From the sequence record AP019418.1: 64,000 nt of DNA. One strand, given 5' to 3'. Below the pieces are notes generated by a model. It ran no database searches. It had not been told where the DNA came from and was given only the letters and a program-made list of their open reading frames with translations. Positions 44,877 through 53,181 of the stretch are shown piece by piece (within the stretch, counting starts at the first letter, position 1; each line of letters starts with the position of its first letter). The position numbers and the translations under genes are program-made.

Positions 44877-46424
44877 ATGTCAAGTCCAAAACAATTACTC
44901 GTTTCATGTATCACTCTATTATGTTTAGAAAATCGAGAAGATTCTCCAGTGGAACCATCCAATGAATTGGTTACTGAGATTCTTGATACTCTAAATGATA
45001 AGGGTGGTACATTAGATGTAGATCATGGTCGACAAACATTTTTAGATCTTCGTAATCTACTAGTGGATCTAAATAAGAAACAGAAAGCATATTTCCCAGC
45101 TACCCAACAGGTATTACAATCACTACAAGTATGTTGTCGTGAAGAAAGTTATCTATACGATGCTGTTAAAAATGCAGTAGAAGAAGAATTTCCAAATGGC
45201 ATGGCATTAGCCATGCGTGTAACTTCATATCGTCGTGATCTAAATAGCTACTTAGCTGATGAGAAGGTAAAAGCTATTGTAAAAGAATGTTCATCAAAAA
45301 TTCTTTTCAATAGAGGCTCTGCTGATATTCCGGCAATCATTAATGAAATGGCAACCAGAGCTGACCCATATATTCGCGCGCGTGCTGAAGAGAAACACCC
45401 AGCTGAAATGGGTGCACTTGATTTTGGTAATTTAGATTCTATTGAAGGCTTCTTTGAGGAAGCTAAAACTATTCTTTCCCCAAATGGTGCTTTCCGTACT
45501 GGATGGAAAGGTTTTAACAGGATGCTTGGTGATCTGGGTGCATTAAAACGTGGTGAATTTATTATCGGTGGTGGCCTACAACATCAATATAAATCTGGCG
45601 TTTCTATGAGTCTATTTTGCCATGTGTGTCTATTTAATAAACCATACATGCGTGATATCAATAAGAAACCATTAGTAATGTTTATTACTCTTGAGAATGA
45701 GATTCCGGATAACCTTATTTTCATTTATGAGTATATTTACGAAAATGAAACAGGTATCAAGGTAGATCGTAGTTCTATTAGTAAAGCTGAAGCAGCTGAA
45801 TATGTATCAGCTCGTCTCCGTGAAAATGGTTTTGAACCAGTAATGTATCGTTTTGACCCAACTGAATTTACGATTGCTGGTTTAGTTAACTACCTAGATA
45901 CATATCAAGCACGTGGTTATGAACTACAATATCTCTGCGTAGATTATCTAAACATGTTGCCTAAAACTGGATTAGTGACCAGTGTAGCAGGTGATGACGT
46001 TCGTCTCCTATTTAGGCGAATGCGTAACTATACTGCACCACGTGGTATCACATTCTTTAGTCCGCATCAGTTAAGTTCTCAGGCATTAGAACTAATCAGG
46101 GATAATATCCCACCAGAAGACTTTGTTAAACAAGTTGCTAACAAAGGTTACTATGACGGTTGTCGCCGACTTGGACAAGAACCTGATCTGGAATTCTTCT
46201 TCCACATTGTTAAAGTAAGTGGTAAGTATTATCTAACCGTACAACGTGGTAAACACCGTAACGTTGTAAGTGATAGTAAGCATCACTATTTTGTTATGCC
46301 GTTTGATCCAGACCGTATTGGTGGTATTAGATGGGATATCGATAAAGAAGAAAACAATTACATGGACTTTGTACCAAGTCTTAGCAATATGCAAGCCACT
46401 GGTGGAGATGACTGGGGATATTAA
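44877..46424 (+). CDS. dnaB: DnaB-like replicative helicase (phiKZ gp118)
   Basis: 515 aa. LKRGEFII...QHQYKSG P-loop, FITLEN, Walker B LCVDYLNML, SPHQLS and QRGKHR. Confidence 0.9.
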   Translation: MSSPKQLLVSCITLLCLENREDSPVEPSNELVTEILDTLNDKGGTLDVDHGRQTFLDLRNLLVDLNKKQKAYFPATQQVLQSLQVCCREESYLYDAVKNAVEEEFPNGMALAMRVTSYRRDLNSYLADEKVKAIVKECSSKILFNRGSADIPAIINEMATRADPYIRARAEEKHPAEMGALDFGNLDSIEGFFEEAKTILSPNGAFRTGWKGFNRMLGDLGALKRGEFIIGGGLQHQYKSGVSMSLFCHVCLFNKPYMRDINKKPLVMFITLENEIPDNLIFIYEYIYENETGIKVDRSSISKAEAAEYVSARLRENGFEPVMYRFDPTEFTIAGLVNYLDTYQARGYELQYLCVDYLNMLPKTGLVTSVAGDDVRLLFRRMRNYTAPRGITFFSPHQLSSQALELIRDNIPPEDFVKQVANKGYYDGCRRLGQEPDLEFFFHIVKVSGKYYLTVQRGKHRNVVSDSKHHYFVMPFDPDRIGGIRWDIDKEENNYMDFVPSLSNMQATGGDDWGY

Positions 46425-46432
46425 CAACATAA

Positions 46433-46453
46433 AGCTCTCCCTTCGGGGAGAGC
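46433..46453. terminator. Intrinsic terminator
   Basis: GCTCTCCC-TTCG-GGGAGAGC with a UUCG loop, after dnaB. Confidence 0.8.
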
Positions 46454-46478
46454 ACTATAATTTTAATAGGTAATCTAA

Positions 46479-46847
46479 ATGAGTGCAATTGATAATTTAG
46501 TAAATACTTTAAGAAAAAATATTAGTGAATGTAGAAAGTTTAATCGCCCTCTATTTGCACGTGTATATGCCGCATCACAAAATTACGATAAAATCCGTTA
46601 TGCTGTAGCAGAAGAAGCCCATTATTTTAAATATGGGAAATATGCAGAGGGTAATAATTTAAACATTGATGAACTCATCAGTGATCTTTATTTATATTAC
46701 ACTATTTACGTTGATATTATCCGTAAACCATTACCCGATCCTAATGGGGATTTTATCAGTATCGTAAACCAAGATCACTATACACACATCTACTGGGATT
46801 TAGATCGGTGTGAATCTATTCCAGATGATGTAAAGGAGTTAATGTAA
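46479..46847 (+). CDS. Hypothetical protein
   Basis: 122 aa; AGGT RBS. Confidence 0.7.
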   Translation: MSAIDNLVNTLRKNISECRKFNRPLFARVYAASQNYDKIRYAVAEEAHYFKYGKYAEGNNLNIDELISDLYLYYTIYVDIIRKPLPDPNGDFISIVNQDHYTHIYWDLDRCESIPDDVKELM

Positions 46848-46848
46848 T

Positions 46849-47085
46849 ATGTACTATGGTAATGTTTATATTATCTTTATTGGTGGTTTATTAATATTTA
46901 TCCTAGGATTGGTATTTGGAGGAATACTGGGAGAAGAGAACAATAACGTATATAAACTCAAATCCCAACAATTTGAATACTGCGTTAAAAATAAACAATC
47001 AAAAAATAATGACAGTGAAAATATCCAAGTTATTAAAGTATGCGCAGAGTCTATTGTACTCCTATATCCAACTAATGAAAAATAA
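46849..47085 (+). CDS. Small membrane protein
   Basis: 78 aa; N-terminal TM VYIIFIGGLLIFILGLVFGGIL. Confidence 0.65.
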   Translation: MYYGNVYIIFIGGLLIFILGLVFGGILGEENNNVYKLKSQQFEYCVKNKQSKNNDSENIQVIKVCAESIVLLYPTNEK

Positions 47086-47093
47086 AGCATTTT

Positions 47094-47114
47094 AGCCCTC
47101 TTAGGAGGGCTTTT
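47094..47114 (+). terminator. Intrinsic terminator
   Basis: AGCCCTC-TTAG-GAGGGCT followed by TTTATG. Confidence 0.8.
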
Positions 47115-47349
47115 ATGTCGTATGGCTAATATGCTAGTGAATAATGAATAAAATCGATTATAGAGCAAATTAGAAGGTATTAAAGGCATAAAGAAAGTCT
47201 ATCTCTAGACTTATTATTTTTAATTAAAAAAATATAATCTATACTGTGTCTCCTTTTAGGGAGACAGTATGTTTTAGCTAACGCTATTAGAATAATGCTA
47301 ATATTATTTATTATTAGAATAAGGATATACCTTCGGTATAGTTTATTAT

Positions 47350-47690
47350 GAAATAAAAGCCCCTACGGGGCGATCCGATTCCTCAGTTCCACATTAGGTA
47401 ATATTCATGAGTAATATTTAATTACCAGTATCATTGAGTAATACTGGTAATAATATACTAGATTATTAACAATATGTATTGATCATTCTGATTAAGTCAA
47501 ATTAGCTAATAAACAAATCAATTATCAACGAGTGATAACTGGTATTGATTACTAGCTAAAGAGATTAATTAGGATATCTACATGAGGAGTCGCTACCCCA
47601 TGTATTCTGGAGTTTCTCTTTAGCGGGAGACTTAACTCCACTTGGGAGCCGCTTTAGCGGGCGGCTCTCACTTAAACAAAAAAAAGAATT
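47350..47690. ncRNA. Candidate structured non-coding element (ncRNA or origin)
   Basis: No ORF of 60 aa or more wholly inside; at least 6 hairpins with recurring loop sequences; bounded by terminator-like hairpins at 47357-47371 and 47698-47721. Confidence 0.35.
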
Positions 47691-47697
47691 CAGATAA

Positions 47698-47721
47698 GTC
47701 CCTCTCCTTTAGGAGAGGGGT
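47698..47721 (-). terminator. Intrinsic terminator
   Basis: CCCCTCTCC-TTTA-GGAGAGGGG with an A-run on its left side. Confidence 0.8.
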
Positions 47722-47727
47722 TGTTTA

Positions 47728-48033
47728 TCATAGGCTTCTCCTTTCGGTTACATAGAACTTCTTCTGATCCATGTCAGTGTATGTTACTATGAAATTGTCG
47801 AAGGGGTTGATGGATACGGCTAAACCTGCGTTGTTGACGTATCCTATTGTAGGGCCAGCCCAATAACCAATGAAGTTACCTCTACGATCTCGACATTGGA
47901 TAACATTATCGGCTTGCGTTTTCGCAACCGACATGCTATGGGTTGATCCATCGGGTCTCTTGAAAAAGAAACCTACTTCCTGCATTCTGTGCAGGTCAGG
48001 GCTAACATTGTTAGCGGTAACTGGAATTAACAT
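47728..48033 (-). CDS. Hypothetical protein in a terminator-insulated single-gene unit
   Basis: 101 aa; AGAGG RBS. Confidence 0.75.
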   Translation of the reverse strand: MLIPVTANNVSPDLHRMQEVGFFFKRPDGSTHSMSVAKTQADNVIQCRDRRGNFIGYWAGPTIGYVNNAGLAVSINPFDNFIVTYTDMDQKKFYVTERRSL

Positions 48034-48101
48034 GATTGTTCCTCTTGTTAATCCAAGCCCACTTGGGCGAAAATGTTGAGTATTTTTTACTCAACGGCAT
48101 A

Positions 48102-48129
48102 TAGCCCTACTGTTACAGCAGTAGGGCTA
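48102..48129. terminator. Terminator-like hairpin
   Basis: TAGCCCTACTG-TTACAG-CAGTAGGGCTA, an 11-bp stem. Confidence 0.65.
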
Positions 48130-48160
48130 ATTCTTTTATTCTTAAAAGTTTAACTGAATA

Positions 48161-48190
48161 AATGCCCTCTCCCGAAGGAGAGGGCTTATG
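48161..48190 (-). terminator. Intrinsic terminator
   Basis: GCCCTCTCC-CGAA-GGAGAGGGC hairpin. Confidence 0.85.
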
Positions 48191-48198
48191 TCGTTAAT

Positions 48199-48474
48199 TT
48201 ATTTAACCAGCGATGTTTCCCTAACACGAGAGATGCATAAATAATTACTGTAATCGCTGGGGTCGTACTCATCATACCCTAGACAACTTGTATGAATATA
48301 TTCAGTACTGATATTAATCATATCAAGAGTAATACCATCACCCCATTTCTTAGTTGCCATCTCGATAATATCGGCGATAGTATTGGCTACATAACAATCA
48401 CCCAAGATATAAAAGGTATCTTCGGTATCATCCGGACGAAAATGACGAATACCATTCTGTGTATATTCACCCAT
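48199..48474 (-). CDS. Hypothetical early protein
   Basis: 91 aa; GAGG RBS. Confidence 0.75.
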   Translation of the reverse strand: MGEYTQNGIRHFRPDDTEDTFYILGDCYVANTIADIIEMATKKWGDGITLDMINISTEYIHTSCLGYDEYDPSDYSNYLCISRVRETSLVK

Positions 48475-48475
48475 G

Positions 48476-48619
48476 TTAATTATCCTCTTTTCCTTCTTGA
48501 GTATGATGAGTGGGCTCTACCCAGTAAAAATCAATAAACAGATCAACTGGTTTACAGCCAACCATCTCGCTGTCATCGGCCCATTTACTTTCATCTACGA
48601 TAATTTCTTCATTAGTCAT
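48476..48619 (-). CDS. Small acidic protein (47 aa, below the track cut-off)
   Basis: Hand translation MTNEEIIVDESKWADDSEMVGCKPVDLFIDFYWVEPTHHTQEGKEDN*. AAGGAG RBS; fills the gap exactly. Confidence 0.65.
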   Translation of the reverse strand: MTNEEIIVDESKWADDSEMVGCKPVDLFIDFYWVEPTHHTQEGKEDN

Positions 48620-48658
48620 TTGTATTTCTCCTTATTTACTATAGTAAATATTGTTTAG

Positions 48659-48871
48659 TTACATAGTCCAATTAGTGGCTTCATCAACCATATCAGCTGC
48701 TTCTTTATCAGAAGCATTCCAGAGTTTATCAGCCCATTCTTTATCCATTTCATTTTGGATATTTTCAAGACGCATGTAATTATGCCATGCCTGACCCAGT
48801 CGAAGATTCTTATTATTTTTGTAATAAATTCCAAACTCACCACGAACTGATGCAGGAATTGAAATAGTCAC
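48659..48871 (-). CDS. Hypothetical early protein
   Basis: 70 aa; GTG start with AAGGAG RBS, coupled to the upstream stop. Confidence 0.7.
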   Translation of the reverse strand: MTISIPASVRGEFGIYYKNNKNLRLGQAWHNYMRLENIQNEMDKEWADKLWNASDKEAADMVDEATNWTM

Positions 48872-49029
48872 TTTATAATCTCCTTAGTTACTATCTGACG
48901 TGCTTCTTTATAAGAAATATTCGGATTATCATTGATGTATTTAAGAACTTTCTGATGTATAATGTTCTCTCGCTCAGTTAGTTCTTTTACTACTCTTTTA
49001 AAATAACCTGGTGATCGTTTCATAGTCAT
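48868..49029 (-). CDS. Small basic protein (53 aa, below the track cut-off)
   Basis: Hand translation MTMKRSPGYFKRVVKELTERENIIHQKVLKYINDNPNISYKEARQIVTKEIIK*. Coupled to both neighbours by 4-nt overlaps. Confidence 0.65.
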   Translation of the reverse strand: MTMKRSPGYFKRVVKELTERENIIHQKVLKYINDNPNISYKEARQIVTKEIIK

Positions 49030-49313
49030 GGTTCTTCGATTAACAAGTTATTTGCCTCGAAAAAGAATGGGGCTGACCAGCTATAATCTGGTTCATTTAC
49101 CAGTTTTACACTGTTCTTGGTTTTGATAATCTTGCGATCATACCGCCAGTTTTGTGGTCCATGTTTAGGAATAGTGTAGTATTCACCATCGGGTAGATTA
49201 GTGGCTTTTTCCCATCCGAGTTCTTTAATACTAAACTTTTTATCAGTTGTCATTTTCTTTATTTCCTTGCTGTCATGAAACCACCCGGTGGCCGTATCAA
49301 GCTGCGTCCCCAT
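49026..49313 (-). CDS. Hypothetical protein, paralog of 49609..49872
   Basis: Shares NLP.G.Y.T.P.HG......DR. The true start may be the internal MTTDKK. Confidence 0.7.
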   Translation of the reverse strand: MGTQLDTATGWFHDSKEIKKMTTDKKFSIKELGWEKATNLPDGEYYTIPKHGPQNWRYDRKIIKTKNSVKLVNEPDYSWSAPFFFEANNLLIEEP

Positions 49314-49316
49314 GGT

Positions 49317-49601
49317 TTATACTGCACGTGGGATCACTGATATCTCAAGAGTCAGATCAGCCGCGTCCAGTAGGTTTACCAGGGCGTCCAGAGAGAACTT
49401 GTCAATCTTGCCTTTGAGAAGATCATTCAATCTCGGTTGCGTAACATGTAGGCGAGCAGCAGCGTCTTTTTGCGGAAGATCCCAGCCCTTTATAGTACGG
49501 GTGAGAGCCCGCATGAGTTGGGAACGGATACGTAGGTTTTCAGTTTCTTTTGTCGAGTCAACTAGTGTATCCCAGACACCGGGAGTGCATTCGTTTGCCA
49601 T
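49317..49601 (-). CDS. XRE-family HTH protein (HigA-antitoxin-like)
   Basis: LRIRSQLM...QKDAAARLHVTQPRLNDLLKGKIDKFSLDALVNL is a typical XRE/HTH_37 pattern. Confidence 0.85.
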   Translation of the reverse strand: MANECTPGVWDTLVDSTKETENLRIRSQLMRALTRTIKGWDLPQKDAAARLHVTQPRLNDLLKGKIDKFSLDALVNLLDAADLTLEISVIPRAV

Positions 49602-49608
49602 TTATTTA

Positions 49609-49872
49609 TTACCTCTTGAGGTAAATGCTCGGATAATAAACTACATTATATTTAAAGAAATCACTTACCTTGAATTTTATGTTCGGTGCAGTGATTAGAT
49701 AACAATAATCACCATCAACCATAACGCGTCGATCATGGCTATATACCCTAGAACCATGTAACGGAGAAGTTACATAAATCCCATTGGGAAGATTCCGTAA
49801 ATCGTCTTTATTCAGAAACTTACCATTAGGATTTATAGTTAATGGATAACAACCAGGATTAAGTTTATGCAT
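49609..49872 (-). CDS. Hypothetical protein, paralog of 49026..49313
   Basis: 87 aa; GAGGTG RBS. Confidence 0.7.
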   Translation of the reverse strand: MHKLNPGCYPLTINPNGKFLNKDDLRNLPNGIYVTSPLHGSRVYSHDRRVMVDGDYCYLITAPNIKFKVSDFFKYNVVYYPSIYLKR

Positions 49873-49887
49873 ATTTCACCTCTTTTA

Positions 49888-49919
49888 TAAACCACCCTTA
49901 TATAGGGTGGTTTTTTTTT
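49888..49919. terminator. Intrinsic terminator
   Basis: AAACCACCCT-TATAT-AGGGTGGTTT followed by a T-run. Confidence 0.8.
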
Positions 49920-50195
49920 CTATTGACCAATATACGTGCTGGTGTATAATTCAATGGTTGGTTTATGAATGGTCAGATTATATTTCTTAGCTAAATCATC
50001 AATATCCCTGGAACAATCAATGAATTTGCCAGTCTCTCGGTAGCGCATCACCCATGAACCCCGAAATGGTGCATCATCTAATGGATTAATACCATATTCA
50101 CGACATACCACAATTGCTTCATGTCGTGGAGTAGCACCAGTAGTGACAAAGTGATTTTCATAAACTGGGATCATTGATACATCTTTATTGCTCAT
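49920..50195 (-). CDS. Hypothetical protein, paralog of 51189..51440
   Basis: Likely start 50195 (GAGAGG RBS); contains REYGINP. Confidence 0.7.
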   Translation of the reverse strand: MSNKDVSMIPVYENHFVTTGATPRHEAIVVCREYGINPLDDAPFRGSWVMRYRETGKFIDCSRDIDDLAKKYNLTIHKPTIELYTSTYIGQ

Positions 50196-50236
50196 AATAA
50201 CCTCTCTAAAATTACCTGAAGGGATATGCATGATAT

Positions 50237-50734
50237 TTATTTTTGTTTTTGACTGATCATGGAGGCATTGGTGAAGTAATATAACGCATGTTTCCAATCT
50301 TGAGGGTCATATGTGCACTTATGAGCAACCACATAATCACCATCAATTTTTTTGAACAAGTTTACCATGATCACCTCATCCATATCAGTCCCGTTATGCA
50401 CAGTTTGATAATTCAGTCTCACCAACATGTCATCTACATTGGTTTTCAACTGGAGACCATCTTTGAAGAAATCACGAACACCATCCATGATTTGTTCATT
50501 GCGAGACAGGATGTTTTCAGAGATCTGTTCGAACATACCCCTTGCACCGATCAAACGTAATTGATCGTAATTGGGTTCACCCATGCAGATGGCCTCATCA
50601 TCACGATTACACATCTTCTCCAGCAGAACGATAGGGTTATAATCCCAAGCAACCCCACCAGTTACAACAGAGGTCAAATAGCCATAGAGACTGAGTTCAC
50701 TGTCACGCTCATTTGCAGGAATCATGCGGTTCAT
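50237..50734 (-). CDS. Hypothetical protein
   Basis: Likely start 50734 (GAGG RBS, MNRMIPA). Confidence 0.75.
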   Translation of the reverse strand: MNRMIPANERDSELSLYGYLTSVVTGGVAWDYNPIVLLEKMCNRDDEAICMGEPNYDQLRLIGARGMFEQISENILSRNEQIMDGVRDFFKDGLQLKTNVDDMLVRLNYQTVHNGTDMDEVIMVNLFKKIDGDYVVAHKCTYDPQDWKHALYYFTNASMISQKQK

Positions 50735-50769
50735 AATTAACGATCCTCGTATTGGTGTTGCAGCATAGC

Positions 50770-51153
50770 TCAGCAAGTCTCTTGAGCTTTCTCAAAACTA
50801 GCCATCGAGCGGGTGCGCGCACGCTGTAGAATAGACAAGCCGTATTTTTTGAACTTCTTCTTGTGGATGAAACCAAGGCGTTCGTAGATGAAGTCTTTAC
50901 GGTCGGCGCGAGGTTTACCATCAGCTACGATACCACGGTCGAAAAGAGCCCAGAACAGAGCGCTTTCATCATGCAGGTAGTTGGCCATTTCCTGAGGCCA
51001 CTGAACTGCGCATAGAGCAACGATTTGTTCAAGTAAACCACTATCTGAGATGGCATAGTACTCACGACCCTGAACATAGTTCATTTTGTCGAAGTTGCAC
51101 ATAGCCAGTCTGCCAGTACCCTGGTTGATTTTCTTTTGAATGTGTTCGTTCAT
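50770..51153 (-). CDS. Hypothetical protein
   Basis: 127 aa; visibly more GC-rich than its neighbours. Confidence 0.75.
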   Translation of the reverse strand: MNEHIQKKINQGTGRLAMCNFDKMNYVQGREYYAISDSGLLEQIVALCAVQWPQEMANYLHDESALFWALFDRGIVADGKPRADRKDFIYERLGFIHKKKFKKYGLSILQRARTRSMASFEKAQETC

Positions 51154-51188
51154 GGTTTGACCTATTTTCAGATTTGGATTAATTATAG

Positions 51189-51440
51189 CTAGACGAAGGT
51201 ATTGCGTTCGAATTGGATGGAATTACGTTCAACAATATCGTTGAGGTATTTATCATTGTCGATAAATTCCCCAGTGAGCATGTTACGCAGAACCCAGTTC
51301 CCCCGAAGTGGTATACCGCTGTTAGGGTTGATCCCGTATTCACGCATCAAAATCCGACGATTGTGGTCAACACCTGGCTCCATGTAAGATTCACTGATAA
51401 AACATTCCACCATGTTGATAACTTCTTTAGATTCGCTCAT
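51189..51440 (-). CDS. Hypothetical protein, paralog of 49920..50195
   Basis: 83 aa; REYGINP....P.RG.WV.R motif. Confidence 0.75.
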   Translation of the reverse strand: MSESKEVINMVECFISESYMEPGVDHNRRILMREYGINPNSGIPLRGNWVLRNMLTGEFIDNDKYLNDIVERNSIQFERNTFV

Positions 51441-51511
51441 TGACTTATTCCTTCTTTTGCAGGTATTATGTAATACGATAATGGATTATGGCTTTAACCA
51501 TCAGATCCTTT

Positions 51512-51934
51512 TCACGCAGTTGGTTTGAATGGATTTGCACTACGACTACGTTTTTGATATGAAATTAGTGCACCCCATACATTATCGGCTGATACATATT
51601 CAGGCATAGCTTTTTCATCATTGTAACTGACACGGTATGCCTTAGCCACACCTGTGCTATCTACAATGTGAACTTTTTCAATGACAAATGCTTTTCCAGA
51701 AGGCCCAGGGATATGTAATCCTCTTTTAAAAAGTTCTTCAAGAATGCGTTCTAATGCAATTTTAGCATTAGAGTAATCATTATCAAGTGACTTAATACCA
51801 CCTTTAATTTTATTATCTAGGTCACTGAGTGCCTTTTTAAAAACACTAACATCATGATCAAAACATTCGAGAGTGTGATCGAAGTTTTGCATGAGCGCTA
51901 TTAGTAGACCATTAGGAAATACTACTTTTGACAT
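51512..51934 (-). CDS. Hypothetical protein
   Basis: 140 aa; AGGTG RBS. Confidence 0.75.
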   Translation of the reverse strand: MSKVVFPNGLLIALMQNFDHTLECFDHDVSVFKKALSDLDNKIKGGIKSLDNDYSNAKIALERILEELFKRGLHIPGPSGKAFVIEKVHIVDSTGVAKAYRVSYNDEKAMPEYVSADNVWGALISYQKRSRSANPFKPTA

Positions 51935-51944
51935 ATATCACCTA

Positions 51945-52301
51945 TTAGTAAACAGTTGGGAACGTTTGTAGGAACCAATCATTAATACGTGTATTAACAC
52001 TAGCCCCGTGTTCAGGCACTACTTTAAAACCAGCGACGATGTCCTGTAACTCTTCAGTGAGTTTGTTGTGTACTTTACCTTCACAATCGATAAAGTCTTC
52101 TGCGGTTGGCATAACCTCAGCGCGAATAACAGAGGCACGCTTAGAAAGCATTGTAAGAATTTCATTAGACACTGAAGCAGCATTACGCAACTTATTGATT
52201 TTTACATCAATAACAGTTTTATGATAGATTTTACCAACTGCACACATTGTAACTGAACCAACAAAAATACCAAGACAGAGTGATACTTTATCAATATTCA
52301 T
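51945..52301 (-). CDS. N-terminally membrane-anchored protein
   Basis: 118 aa; LCLGIFVGSVTMCAVG hydrophobic segment. Confidence 0.7.
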   Translation of the reverse strand: MNIDKVSLCLGIFVGSVTMCAVGKIYHKTVIDVKINKLRNAASVSNEILTMLSKRASVIRAEVMPTAEDFIDCEGKVHNKLTEELQDIVAGFKVVPEHGASVNTRINDWFLQTFPTVY

Positions 52302-52360
52302 TTTGTATACCTATTTACGTTTATTGAAGTGATTAAAAAATAATACGATGTAGAAAATAA

Positions 52361-52380
52361 AAGGGAGTCCGAAGACTCCC
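52361..52380 (-). terminator. Intrinsic terminator
   Basis: GGGAGTC-CGAA-GACTCCC with an A-run on its left side. Confidence 0.75.
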
Positions 52381-52388
52381 ATTATCAG

Positions 52389-52829
52389 TTACACATCTGA
52401 CACATCATCGAACAGATCAAGTTGTTTCCGATTACGTCGTTCTTCTTCTTCGATACGACGATTCTCTTCTTCAATCTCTTTCTGCCGTTTGACAAGCCTC
52501 CTGTGCAGACTCATTTGCCATGCAGTATCATAACGGCATCGCACTGATTCAATATATTTAAGCCCTACTTCATTAATGCTCTCAAGAAGATCCAGTGACA
52601 CAAGTGTCTCCTTGGATGCATTAATGCTAGCCTTAAGATAATGGGCCATTGCTGTTGCTGGATGGAACGGTAGTTTATCGACATCCATGGTCTTTTGATA
52701 AGCTTTCAGTTTATGGATAATAATTCGTCCATAATAGAATTCATAGAGTTTTTCTCTAGAATCCCAAGCAAGCTTACCGAGTACGGCTCCACTTACCATC
52801 CCTAATGTAAGAGATAGCTTAGAGTTCAT
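52389..52829 (-). CDS. Membrane-anchored coiled-coil protein
   Basis: Likely start 52829 (AAGGA RBS, MNSKLSLTLGMVSGAVLG); charged EEENRRIEEEERR tail. Confidence 0.7.
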   Translation of the reverse strand: MNSKLSLTLGMVSGAVLGKLAWDSREKLYEFYYGRIIIHKLKAYQKTMDVDKLPFHPATAMAHYLKASINASKETLVSLDLLESINEVGLKYIESVRCRYDTAWQMSLHRRLVKRQKEIEEENRRIEEEERRNRKQLDLFDDVSDV

Positions 52830-53136
52830 TGTTAATTGCATCCTTAATCCAGTTACGGATTTTTGATTTAATTCGATGTTTATCACTGATGGTGTTAAAC
52901 ATATCCAATCCATCATTAATAACGTATATAAGCTCTACTTCAATAAAGTCCGTCATTACTTCCACGGTGGTATTATCTGAATTAGATTTGATATAATCGG
53001 AATAGCCCTTTACTTTTTCACGGATATTCTTTTCTAATTTAATCTCATTATAAACAGTCACACTGACTTCGAACACATAGATGGTACCAGCCAGCATGAG
53101 ACCAGTTTTTACAACATTACCGATAATGGAAAGCAT
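52819..53136 (-). CDS. Membrane-anchored protein
   Basis: 105 aa; GLMLAGTIYVFEVSVTVY segment. Confidence 0.7.
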   Translation of the reverse strand: MLSIIGNVVKTGLMLAGTIYVFEVSVTVYNEIKLEKNIREKVKGYSDYIKSNSDNTTVEVMTDFIEVELIYVINDGLDMFNTISDKHRIKSKIRNWIKDAINNEL

Positions 53137-53181
53137 GATAATATCCTATTAGTTAATGAATGTAGATTTATTTTGATTATA

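Noticed and set aside
44877-46424. Intein or intron in dnaB, uvsX or the RNA polymerase subunits
   Set aside because: The frames are continuous, sizes match the uninterrupted phiKZ proteins as I recall them, and there are no intein or homing-endonuclease motifs.
47090-47727. CRISPR mini-array or tRNA in the non-coding gap
   Set aside because: There are no equal-length direct repeats with spacers and no cloverleaf with a T-loop or CCA end.
49288-49698. 136-aa plus-strand ORF opposite the XRE gene
   Set aside because: It is a shadow of a locally GC-rich gene; the minus-strand product has a clear family motif.
51466-51502. 11-codon mini-ORF MVKAIIHYRIT in an intergenic gap
   Set aside because: It is too short to support and has no convincing RBS.
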